Below, piece after piece: positions 37,141 to 45,073 of a stretch of DNA of 51,209 bases; position 1 is the stretch's first letter, and each line of letters begins with the position of its first letter. Origin of the DNA: a virus (Duplodnaviria; Caudoviricetes). The position numbers and the translations under genes were made by a program. The notes below the pieces were generated by a model that saw nothing but the letters and a program-made list of their open reading frames with translations, made no database searches and was not told where the DNA came from. Location of the stretch: positions 1 through 51,209 of IMG/VR virus record IMGVR_UViG_3300027743_000035; one strand, given 5' to 3'.

Positions 37141-37587
37141 TCACCAACCCTTGCCAGTAATTTTCGTAATTTCACTAACGCGCTTATTGGCAAAGCTTAC
37201 AAGCTCAATACGCTGAAGCCTAGACTGGTCAATAAGATACCCGTCAAGAATGGCGCTTATATGCTTAGGCGTTACTACCAAGTAAATAACGCCCGGTTCA
37301 AAATCTTTTACCGCGTCAATTAGCTTTGGCTTTTTGCTAACAATGTTTGTGCGTTCAAACCTAACCCCTAGGCGTGACATAGCAAGCTCACGCTGTGCCG
37401 TGGTAGTCTTACCACCGAAACGCTGGCGCTTGGGGTATAGGTCAGCCATAGCTTGCTTACATAGCTCGTGGGCTACATCATAAGTAACGCCAGATGCAAT
37501 TGCCGTAGCGAGAACGCCACAAATGGGCTTTTGTGAATGGTAGTTAGAATAAAACCCTTGGGGATATTCAAAAACTGGCTTGCTCAT
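37141..37587 (-). CDS. Hypothetical protein, possibly a papain-like Cys/His fold
   Basis: ICGVLATAIASGVTY...HISAILDGYLID. Confidence 0.6.
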   Translation of the reverse strand: MSKPVFEYPQGFYSNYHSQKPICGVLATAIASGVTYDVAHELCKQAMADLYPKRQRFGGKTTTAQRELAMSRLGVRFERTNIVSKKPKLIDAVKDFEPGVIYLVVTPKHISAILDGYLIDQSRLQRIELVSFANKRVSEITKITGKGW

Positions 37588-37843
37588 TATTAAACCTTTC
37601 TGCCGATTGATTTGCTAGGAATTTCTCTGTATTTTCGATATAAACATTGATAACGATTTTTTCTGGCTTTGCAACCCTTTTTTTCGCAACATGGTGAATT
37701 TTATTTTTTGGCGTTGCTGCCTTTGCTTCAGCTTGCCTCATTCCGTTACCATAAGCGGCTGCAATCAAAAAGCCAATAATGCCGATTACCAACGCTAGCC
37801 GTAGGAAGCGACCAATTTTTACTCCAACATTATAAGCGGTCAT
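37568..37843 (-). CDS. Hypothetical membrane-anchored protein
   Basis: N-terminal hydrophobic helix LALVIGIIGFLIAAAY. Confidence 0.65.
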   Translation of the reverse strand: MTAYNVGVKIGRFLRLALVIGIIGFLIAAAYGNGMRQAEAKAATPKNKIHHVAKKRVAKPEKIVINVYIENTEKFLANQSAERFNNEQASF

Positions 37844-38176
37844 TTTCTGCCCTTTCGATCATTTTGGTATAAAGCATTTGCTGGCTTAGTCAAGCATTAT
37901 TTTGATTGCCCACAAATTATTTTATAATGAGATTTGAGGGGCCATTATACGCCATTTCCCCTCTACTGTAATTTAAAATATAATATATATAATGTTATAA
38001 GGTCTAGATTGTCAGGGTAGTCGAATATTATTTATAATGTAAATCAAACATTATATTTTATATTCAGAGCGGCAGAAAGAGAGATTTTGCCCTTATATCA
38101 TTATATCCTTATACGATGGCGGAAAACTGCCATTCTACCATTCTATTTAACTTATAAATCACTATATTTTTAACGC

Positions 38177-38205
38177 TTGACAAGCTATCTAGCATCCTCT
38201 AACCT
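38177..38205 (+). promoter_or_regulatory. sigma70-type promoter for 38236-38514
   Basis: TTGACA-17-TAACCT. Confidence 0.7.
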
Positions 38206-38235
38206 ATCCAACGCTCTTTAACATAGGATAACGAA

Positions 38236-38514
38236 ATGGTTTATATTTCCGAAAACGCGCCAATTCCGCCCGCCAATTCAAATCGCAAGGGAACGTGCCG
38301 CTTCCCATTTGCTCAATTAGAAATAGGCCACAGTTTCTTTGTTGCCAATAAAAACGATATGCCACCCGGCGAAGATATATCAGATGCCAGCACATTAGGC
38401 AACATGACAACTCACGTTTCTAGGCATAATAACAAATTAATGCCAGATAAGAAATTCCGTTGTCGCATTTATCCTGTTAATAAACAATGGATACAGGTTT
38501 GGCGCGAAGCTTAA
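38236..38514 (+). CDS. Small putative DNA-binding protein (same family as 27322-27978)
   Basis: ISENAPIP...RFPFAQLEIGHSFFV...IQVWRE. Confidence 0.7.
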   Translation: MVYISENAPIPPANSNRKGTCRFPFAQLEIGHSFFVANKNDMPPGEDISDASTLGNMTTHVSRHNNKLMPDKKFRCRIYPVNKQWIQVWREA

Positions 38515-38673
38515 TCACCACCATCCTAGGGGTTTATTGGGGAATTTGTCCATCCGAATGTCAATCAAGCGGCGAGCTTCAGCCAAGGTTTCAACCCTGA
38601 CCAAATTTTTGCCAGCAGCCCTAATGTGATAATAATCGCCGGAATATTCAATTTTATGTTGCCGATAAACCAT
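38515..38673 (-). CDS. Small early hypothetical protein
   Basis: Start reassigned to MVYRQH (GGGGAG RBS); own promoter. Confidence 0.6.
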   Translation of the reverse strand: MVYRQHKIEYSGDYYHIRAAGKNLVRVETLAEARRLIDIRMDKFPNKPLGWW

Positions 38674-38847
38674 TTGCTTAACTCCCTTTCGATATAAAGA
38701 CACTAGCCAGCTTTCACAGTTAGGTCAAGAGTTATTTTCAATTAGCCAGAAAATATATTTATTATAATTCGAGAAAAAAGAGTTGACAAAGCCATCGAAT
38801 TATAATATAATTAGAGTAGCGCCAAAATTTTTCGATCTGCGCCAGAC

Positions 38848-38893
38848 AAAAAAAGAGAGCCAAGGGAATTTAACCCTTGACCCTCTCTCTTTA
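38848..38893. terminator. Hairpin, possibly a bidirectional terminator
   Basis: A7-GAGAG-CCAAGGG...CCCTTG-A-CCCTCTCTCTTT. Confidence 0.6.
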
Positions 38894-38905
38894 ATGTGGG
38901 CTGGC

Positions 38906-39115
38906 TTATTTCCAATTTTTAGCCATGTTCCGGAAGCTTACCGCCTTGCCAGTTAGGCAATATTCCAATTCGGGGCGACCGCGCCGACCGTTGTGGATTG
39001 GCGTTGCCGAGATTAGGTTGCCCTTGCGCAGATTAACCAAAACAGCGTTAGAGAGAAGGCCACCATTGCCAGCTTCCACAATGGCGAGAGCCGCGAGCTT
39101 TTGCTTACCGTTCAT
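38906..39115 (-). CDS. Small basic winged-helix-like protein
   Basis: LRKGNLI...GRRGRPELEYCLT; own promoter. Confidence 0.6.
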   Translation of the reverse strand: MNGKQKLAALAIVEAGNGGLLSNAVLVNLRKGNLISATPIHNGRRGRPELEYCLTGKAVSFRNMAKNWK

Positions 39116-39263
39116 ATTCAATATTCCTTTGCCGATGTTTCAAGAGAGACAACCCCTCTTGATTTAATTACTATAACAACTTTTTTGAGCCAGTCAACAA
39201 CTTTATTTCAATTAGCCAAAATAAAATCGCTTGACTAAATAACGCCATTCATTTATAATAAAA

Positions 39264-39497
39264 CTAGCCATCAATTTTCCTTACCCCTAGGCTATCCAGA
39301 TCAGTTGTGTCAATCCGAAAAGTTACTTTTAAGCCAGCTTTAACCGGGATATGAAATTTGTCAACCCTTGGCTTAATAATAGTTTTTCCGTTACGACGAA
39401 TTTTCCAATAATTGCCGTTCCTCATTGCAACTTCAAGCGAGCCGCTATCAAGCAATCTTTCGATTTCCTGAATTTTATTATAATCAAGCATATTCAT
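39264..39497 (-). CDS. Small early hypothetical protein
   Basis: Start reassigned to MNMLDY (GGAAAGG RBS). Confidence 0.6.
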   Translation of the reverse strand: MNMLDYNKIQEIERLLDSGSLEVAMRNGNYWKIRRNGKTIIKPRVDKFHIPVKAGLKVTFRIDTTDLDSLGVRKIDG

Positions 39498-39561
39498 TAA
39501 ATGACCTTTCCAATTAACATAAGCCAACAATCTAGGCCAGACAAAGCCAGAATAAGAGTAT

Positions 39562-39756
39562 TCATCGCGCTTTGTCCCTTCCAGTTTCCGGCTTACCCAT
39601 TGCAGCCGAATAAAACCGGCTTGCTGAATAACTGGAATTTGTGCCGCGCAACTCACTAGAAAAATGAGCCGCAATTTCTCCGCGTTCATGCTCGCCAAGG
39701 TCAGGCAAGCTAGCGATAATTGACGCAATCTTTACATAATGCCGATGTTGAAACAT
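39562..39756 (-). CDS. Small early hypothetical protein
   Basis: 64 aa; promoter and AAGGGA RBS. Confidence 0.65.
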   Translation of the reverse strand: MFQHRHYVKIASIIASLPDLGEHERGEIAAHFSSELRGTNSSYSASRFYSAAMGKPETGRDKAR

Positions 39757-39819
39757 TTTATTCCCTTTCGATTTAACTCCGCCAGCTTACCAAACCGGCG
39801 GAGTATGTCAACAATTATT

Positions 39820-40074
39820 TTACATACAATGGTATGTTTCCGAGCCGGGGTCACAATAATACGGGGTATTAATCGGAATTTCAAATTCGCCAGCTTCAGG
39901 GTTAAGGATATTTCGGGTTGTGCGAGTTACGCCACAAGCGCCGAGAAAATCAATAAGCTTTGCTCGCTTGTCATTCAGGGTTGCAAAAATTGCTTCGCCA
40001 ATTGCCTTGCGGCTGGCGTTGTCAGCATTTGCGCTCTTGATTGCTGTTGCGATAATGAGGGTTGAATTTTTCAT
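39820..40074 (-). CDS. Small early hypothetical protein
   Basis: 84 aa; ends NTPYYCDPGSETYHCM; promoter and GGAG RBS. Confidence 0.7.
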   Translation of the reverse strand: MKNSTLIIATAIKSANADNASRKAIGEAIFATLNDKRAKLIDFLGACGVTRTTRNILNPEAGEFEIPINTPYYCDPGSETYHCM

Positions 40075-40143
40075 TTTGTTTAACTCCGTTTGCGTTTCGA
40101 TTTACTCACTATAGCCAGAAATTTCAGCCAGTCAAGCATTATT

Positions 40144-40350
40144 TTAAAATAATTTTTCGCTACGGCAAAATTCTAGGTCTAGCTCCACGCCAAAAGCGTC
40201 AAGCTTTAAATTGTTACAACCGGAGCCATCATTATTGTGATTATACCAAATTTCCACAATATTTAATTTATTATCATAGATCAAGCCGTATTCATTACTG
40301 CCAAAATCAATGATTGTTGCCTTTTCGCTCGCCAGATATTCCTTTGACAT
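40144..40350 (-). CDS. Small early hypothetical protein
   Basis: TAATG coupling to the upstream gene. Confidence 0.6.
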   Translation of the reverse strand: MSKEYLASEKATIIDFGSNEYGLIYDNKLNIVEIWYNHNNDGSGCNNLKLDAFGVELDLEFCRSEKLF

Positions 40351-40625
40351 TATCCAAAAACCTTTACGTCAAGATTATGAGCCGCTACAAATGCAGCCGC
40401 AACATCATAAGCTTCTGCCCGCGTTTCAAAGCTTTTGGCTTCCATTTTCACGCCGAGCTTGATAGCCAGCTTTTTTGCAATACCGGGGCCAACGCGCCCA
40501 ATTGCATTTATAATATAATTGCGATCAAGCGCCGACGCGCCACTAAAGCGATAAGCCAGATTAACCGGAACGCTGCCGACAAATCCGAATTTTCCGTTTG
40601 GATATTCAATTACTGAAATTGCCAT
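40350..40625 (-). CDS. Small early hypothetical protein
   Basis: 91 aa; promoter and GAAAGGA RBS. Confidence 0.7.
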   Translation of the reverse strand: MAISVIEYPNGKFGFVGSVPVNLAYRFSGASALDRNYIINAIGRVGPGIAKKLAIKLGVKMEAKSFETRAEAYDVAAAFVAAHNLDVKVFG

Positions 40626-41028
40626 TTGCTTTCCTTTCTCCGTTTCGATTTACAATAGATAGCCAAGCGAGCCAGCTATGTCAACAGAAAAAAGACATAA
40701 AATAAAATTATTTTAGGGGTTGACAATGAGCCGGAAAAAATGTTATCCTGAAGCAAAATGAATTTTTTATCCATTGCGCCAGACCTTATTGATCTGCGCG
40801 CGTGGGCGCGGGCGCGCGTGCGTCAGCCAGTTTCAAATGTCAAGCAAAATATTTACCGAAACAAAAAATAAATATGTTGACATTCATTTGATTTAATTTC
40901 TGCCCGCGCCAAAAATGGGCTAGGCTTAAGCCAAGAAATGCGACGAACGGAGTTATTTTATGGGTTGACACAAGCCAGAATTTTTGCTATAATAGAGGGT
41001 TGAGCAAAATTGTATCATACGCCAGATG

Positions 41029-41217
41029 AACGAGCCGGAAAGCCACCGTTCATGTTACGTTATATCATGGAGCGAGCCAATGGAACAAGCCGGGAACAAA
41101 GCCAGACCAAACCGGGAACGAGCCGAGCGAGCCACCCCTATAGTGGTGTCCCCTGTAGTGGCTACCTAGTATAGTGGCGACCAAATATATTTACCCCTAT
41201 AGTGTAGTGGCTACCTA
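41029..41217. repeat. Cluster of short direct repeats (GAACRAGCCG; CCCCTRTAGTG; GTAGTGGCTACCTA)
   Basis: CCCCTRTAGTG at 41135, 41150 and 41194; GTAGTGGCTACCTA at 41155 and 41204. Confidence 0.75.
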
Positions 41218-43638
41218 AATTAAATCGCCGGAAAATCTGTGGGGATTTGCAATCACATATGCTTTTGGTTTGCTACCAAAATCCAATTGCATTTGATGGC
41301 CGGGAATTTCTCTTAAATCATCTGCATCTAGCAGCGTTCGGATTGACCGCTTAATTGAATATGATGCACCCATTCGATCATTCTTGAAACAAGCCACAGA
41401 GATTAGTTTGCGAGATATAATGGTTTCTGTTATAATATGCTTTTCAAACATATCAATGCGACCACCATATTTAATATACTTTTCACGATCATCAAGCAAT
41501 TCTCTTATTGCTTTAATAACACTGTGGAGTTGCTTACCCTCACCTGTAGCGGCTAACGCGCCAACCTGTCCTGTTTCAAACTTAGCAATTAGTTTATATG
41601 TTTGATTGCAAACCATATCCGTTGCCCACATGAAATGCTCAAGGGTTACAACAGGATTTAAATAATTCTCGCCAATTGCCCGAAGGCTTGCCAGCTTAAG
41701 AGCCTTAAGGTGCGCCCTGTTCCACAATTGTCTAACGACTTCGCCATTGCTTTGATTGATTAAATCGGTTGTCCACACATCAAATTCATCTTGCAAAGCA
41801 TCAGCTTCAGGAGTTAGCTCAACCCGATGGACTGCGCGTTGGTGCATGACTTTCAAACAATGTGCTGCCAAGTCAGACAAACGAGTTATCAAATCTAATG
41901 AGGGATAAACGGTTTCAGCAGCTTTATTTAAATATCGTCTATCCGATTTATTTTCAAATACCAAAAATCTAGGCAACAATCCATCGCCAATCATACTTTC
42001 ATCTAATGCTTCATAAAAAGCTTCAGGCACACTTTCACCAAATAATGTTAGTGAGGGTGAATAAATTGGGTCAGTATTCTTTTCGCGTTCGGAGTAGGCC
42101 ATTGGGTCAAAAATATCGTTATGACCTGATTTAGAATACATTTGCAACAGCACACGCTGCAAGCCTATCAAATGGGTATTGGCGTTCGGCGCTGCCATTT
42201 CTTTCATCTTCTTGCCAAACTCGCCAACAATAGATAAGATGCAAGGCTTCCCGTTAGCCATCCACTTAATCAGGCCAGCCGATGAAACTAATTCACCCGG
42301 CCCGCGAAAGTCAATGATACTTGGACAGCTAGGCAATATAGCTTGTTGTAACTTAGCCGTTCCACTTGATACAGCATCCTTACCAATGCCTGTTTGCGCC
42401 AGCATAAGTATGTATTGATTTAATCCAGCACCAGAGCTAGTGTTATAAGCACGGCCACAGATGCCAGATAGAAACGCTATTGCGCCAGCTAAGGCAACAT
42501 CATAAGATGGTCTAGGAGCCGCATCATAAAAGAATTGAGCCACTTCGCCAAGCAAGCCGGAAGGAAACTGGTTGACAAGCTGCCGCGTTCCCGGCACTAT
42601 GCCCCTTCCCTCACCGTCTTTGCCGATGGGGACGAGGGACGCGGTGGCGGTCGATGCACTCTCCATGCTTGGCCTCTTACCCGGTTCGGACGTAGAGATA
42701 GTTCCCGCCGCCGCGTTACCATTTACTTCACCAAGACTATTAAAAGCATCATTTACCCAGCCCGCATAATCAATTGGCGGAAGCTGCCGGTCAAATGACT
42801 TTTCAACCATATACATTACATAATCGTCACGCTGCGCTTTATCGCGCTGGCCTAACATTGATGTTCTAAATAGCCGAATGATCTGTGGGATATGTTTAGT
42901 ATAAAAAGCGATTATGTCAACTAGGGCAAAATCACCTTCTGATTGAGTTGGGTAAAGGTCTTGCCAATGACCTTCCCATAATTGTTTAAACTTATCCCCA
43001 TTGACAGCTTCAGAAGCCATTTTAATAATAGCTGCATCTTCAGCTTTTTGTTCAGGGTCAGCATCAACAACGTATTGTTTAACATCGCCACCCATTTTAT
43101 TATATAAATCGTCTAACTCTGGCTGTGCATCCCTAATTGGATTAGGGTTAAGAACATCGCCAGTCATTGTAAAGAAACGGCCTTGCGGGTATAATTCCAT
43201 AGAATTACGCCGCCTACCTGTGGGAACATTACCTTTAACAATTATATGAACGCCATTCCTACTTGGCGAGCGTTCAGTATAACTATTTAATTTCATATAT
43301 ACTTGTTGTTGGTTCTGATAGGCTTCTAGGTCGCCGTGAACATCATCAAGATCAATGCCACAATAAGGGTCATCTTTACTGAAAACAAATCCGATGCCAG
43401 TAAAGCCAGTATCCATTATAGGGGTTTCAGGGTCAACCGCCTCAAAGCAAGCAATTGGAGCAGCCAGAGCTTCCTCAAAGCTACCCCATGTATTACTTTT
43501 AATTACACTTGCTTTACCTGAGTTGGGACGCGGAGTATAAGGCACTTTAGTAGGCTTAAGCATGGGCGGGCGAAATTCAAGCCGCCAAACCACCCATTGA
43601 TTATAGGCCCGCAATTCGGCAGGGATATTGCCAAACAT
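41215..43638 (-). CDS. Primase-polymerase (NrS-1-like prim-pol) fused to a helicase-like domain
   Basis: IPAELRAYNQWVVW...KVPY, GIDLD, YTERSPSRNGVH, RFFTMTG and SEGDFAL; C-terminal AQTGIGKD, GEFG and DGLLPRF. Confidence 0.88.
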   Translation of the reverse strand: MFGNIPAELRAYNQWVVWRLEFRPPMLKPTKVPYTPRPNSGKASVIKSNTWGSFEEALAAPIACFEAVDPETPIMDTGFTGIGFVFSKDDPYCGIDLDDVHGDLEAYQNQQQVYMKLNSYTERSPSRNGVHIIVKGNVPTGRRRNSMELYPQGRFFTMTGDVLNPNPIRDAQPELDDLYNKMGGDVKQYVVDADPEQKAEDAAIIKMASEAVNGDKFKQLWEGHWQDLYPTQSEGDFALVDIIAFYTKHIPQIIRLFRTSMLGQRDKAQRDDYVMYMVEKSFDRQLPPIDYAGWVNDAFNSLGEVNGNAAAGTISTSEPGKRPSMESASTATASLVPIGKDGEGRGIVPGTRQLVNQFPSGLLGEVAQFFYDAAPRPSYDVALAGAIAFLSGICGRAYNTSSGAGLNQYILMLAQTGIGKDAVSSGTAKLQQAILPSCPSIIDFRGPGELVSSAGLIKWMANGKPCILSIVGEFGKKMKEMAAPNANTHLIGLQRVLLQMYSKSGHNDIFDPMAYSEREKNTDPIYSPSLTLFGESVPEAFYEALDESMIGDGLLPRFLVFENKSDRRYLNKAAETVYPSLDLITRLSDLAAHCLKVMHQRAVHRVELTPEADALQDEFDVWTTDLINQSNGEVVRQLWNRAHLKALKLASLRAIGENYLNPVVTLEHFMWATDMVCNQTYKLIAKFETGQVGALAATGEGKQLHSVIKAIRELLDDREKYIKYGGRIDMFEKHIITETIISRKLISVACFKNDRMGASYSIKRSIRTLLDADDLREIPGHQMQLDFGSKPKAYVIANPHRFSGDLI

Positions 43639-43643
43639 TAAAG

Positions 43644-43817
43644 TTAAATACCTTCATGCTCTGCCATATAAAGGATAGCACGGCGCACGACTTCGCTAAT
43701 AGAAAGGTGCTTACTTTCTTTAGCTTCAAGATGGTGCTTTAATTTCATAAGCCGCGTTTCATCGTCAGGGTATAGACTGACTGCGAGGCGCGGCTGCGCC
43801 TTGTTACCCGGTTCCAT
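43644..43817 (-). CDS. Ribbon-helix-helix-like transcriptional regulator
   Basis: RLAVSLYPDDETRL...SISEVVRRAI; start reassigned to ATG 43817, just downstream of its promoter. Confidence 0.65.
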   Translation of the reverse strand: MEPGNKAQPRLAVSLYPDDETRLMKLKHHLEAKESKHLSISEVVRRAILYMAEHEGI

Positions 43818-43823
43818 TCGACA

Positions 43824-43897
43824 GGGATAAGCCCGCGCCGGTCGATATGTCAATGTTTAATTTCAGCTTGACAGCCTCTTGCCGCTGTGCTTATCTG
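43824..43897. promoter_or_regulatory. Back-to-back promoters at the primase / replication-operon divergence
   Basis: Minus-strand TTGACA at 43853-43848 and plus-strand TTGACA at 43868-43873, each followed by GCTTATC at the -10 position. Confidence 0.65.
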
Positions 43898-43933
43898 GCA
43901 TGGAATTAAACCGGGTAAATAGAGGGTAAGCAA

Positions 43934-44473
43934 GTGGAAGTTGAAGCAACGGCTGGCGTTCCTGAAACGCCTGAAGAATTTATTGCGCGGCGCGATGCTG
44001 AAATTAGCAAATGGGTTTCTGATAAAGAAAGCCTAACTGTAGCTAAAGAGTATGAGGGTGAAAGCCGCGCTAAAGTGGCAACCACTCTTTTTCCAACTCC
44101 TAAAAAGGGAACAAATCGCTATGCACTTAATGGCGGTTATAGCATTAAGCTTGTGTATGGTCTTAACTATACCCTTGGCGATAAAACTAAGCCCGACCCG
44201 GCTAACCCCGGCGAGCTTATCCCCGTCAACCAACAGGTCACAGACGCGCTGGCTAGGATTGCAGAGCTTGGCAATGAAGGTCAAGAGTTGGCTAATGTGC
44301 TGGTTAAGTGGAAGCCAGAGCTAAACGAAAGCGTTTATCTTCAGCTAACCCCGCCTGAAGGCATGGCACCAACCAACATTCAAGCGGAAGCTAAAGCTAT
44401 TATTGATGAAATTCTAACTGTCAAGCCAGCTTCACCGCAACTCACCTTTGAAACGCCAAAAGAAAAGAAATAG
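43934..44473 (+). CDS. Hypothetical protein, first gene of the replication operon
   Basis: 179 aa; GTNRYALNGGY...VKWKPEL...KPASPQL; GAGGG RBS. Confidence 0.75.
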   Translation: MEVEATAGVPETPEEFIARRDAEISKWVSDKESLTVAKEYEGESRAKVATTLFPTPKKGTNRYALNGGYSIKLVYGLNYTLGDKTKPDPANPGELIPVNQQVTDALARIAELGNEGQELANVLVKWKPELNESVYLQLTPPEGMAPTNIQAEAKAIIDEILTVKPASPQLTFETPKEKK

Positions 44474-44818
44474 GTGAACCCTTTAGTTAAAGAATTTGCT
44501 GACGATACGTTAGCATATTTAAGGCGGCTAGATAGTAATGGTTATCCAAGACGCGAAGCGGCTGTAATGGAGTTTATAGAAGAAACTATGGCAAAGTCAA
44601 AGCGCCCGCCTGTTCATGGCACTATTAAAAGTGCCAAAGGTATGCGGCTGCGTATTTTTCTAAACCAAAAAGAAGTATTTGAGGTATTAGAATATAATAC
44701 CGAAACTGGCTATATATTAAAAAATAAGCTTAACGAAAAAGGCTTGCCAGTGATTAGTAATGGGAGTATAGCAACTGAAGAATTGCATGGCTCTGTTCTA
44801 GTTACGAGGATTAGTTAA
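44474..44818 (+). CDS. Hypothetical protein
   Basis: Abuts both neighbours; start uncertain. Confidence 0.55.
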   Translation: MNPLVKEFADDTLAYLRRLDSNGYPRREAAVMEFIEETMAKSKRPPVHGTIKSAKGMRLRIFLNQKEVFEVLEYNTETGYILKNKLNEKGLPVISNGSIATEELHGSVLVTRIS

Positions 44819-45073
44819 ATGGACTATACCAAAGGCACCAAGAGCAATAAGGTAACTCTTAACATTGCTCACGTTCACAACGCGCTTGAACCACCGGAGC
44901 CGGGTGTTAGCTCGGTTATGATTGATGGCGTATCAATTCACGCGATTGATTATATTAAAATTGAAGCTGCAACTGGCGTTCCAACTAAATGCGTCATTCA
45001 ATTTGAATGTGAAGTCGCTGGTAAGATTGACGGTAAAGGCGTGGCTGATTATATTAAGGAACACACTGAGTAA
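44819..45073 (+). CDS. Hypothetical protein
   Basis: 84 aa; GAGGA RBS. Confidence 0.65.
   Translation: MDYTKGTKSNKVTLNIAHVHNALEPPEPGVSSVMIDGVSIHAIDYIKIEAATGVPTKCVIQFECEVAGKIDGKGVADYIKEHTE

Larger units (their letters stand above)
37866..40684 (-). promoter_or_regulatory. Array of six early sigma70-type promoters (37866-37893, 38700-38728, 39170-39197, 39784-39811, 40108-40135, 40656-40684)
   Basis: Each is TTGAC(A/T/C)-16/17-TA(T/G/A)nnn with an AT-rich upstream tract, directly before an RBS and a small ORF. Confidence 0.75.

Noticed and set aside
41029-41217. Repeat cluster as a mini CRISPR array
   Set aside because: The repeats are only 10-14 nt, irregularly spaced, and have no unique spacers of constant length.
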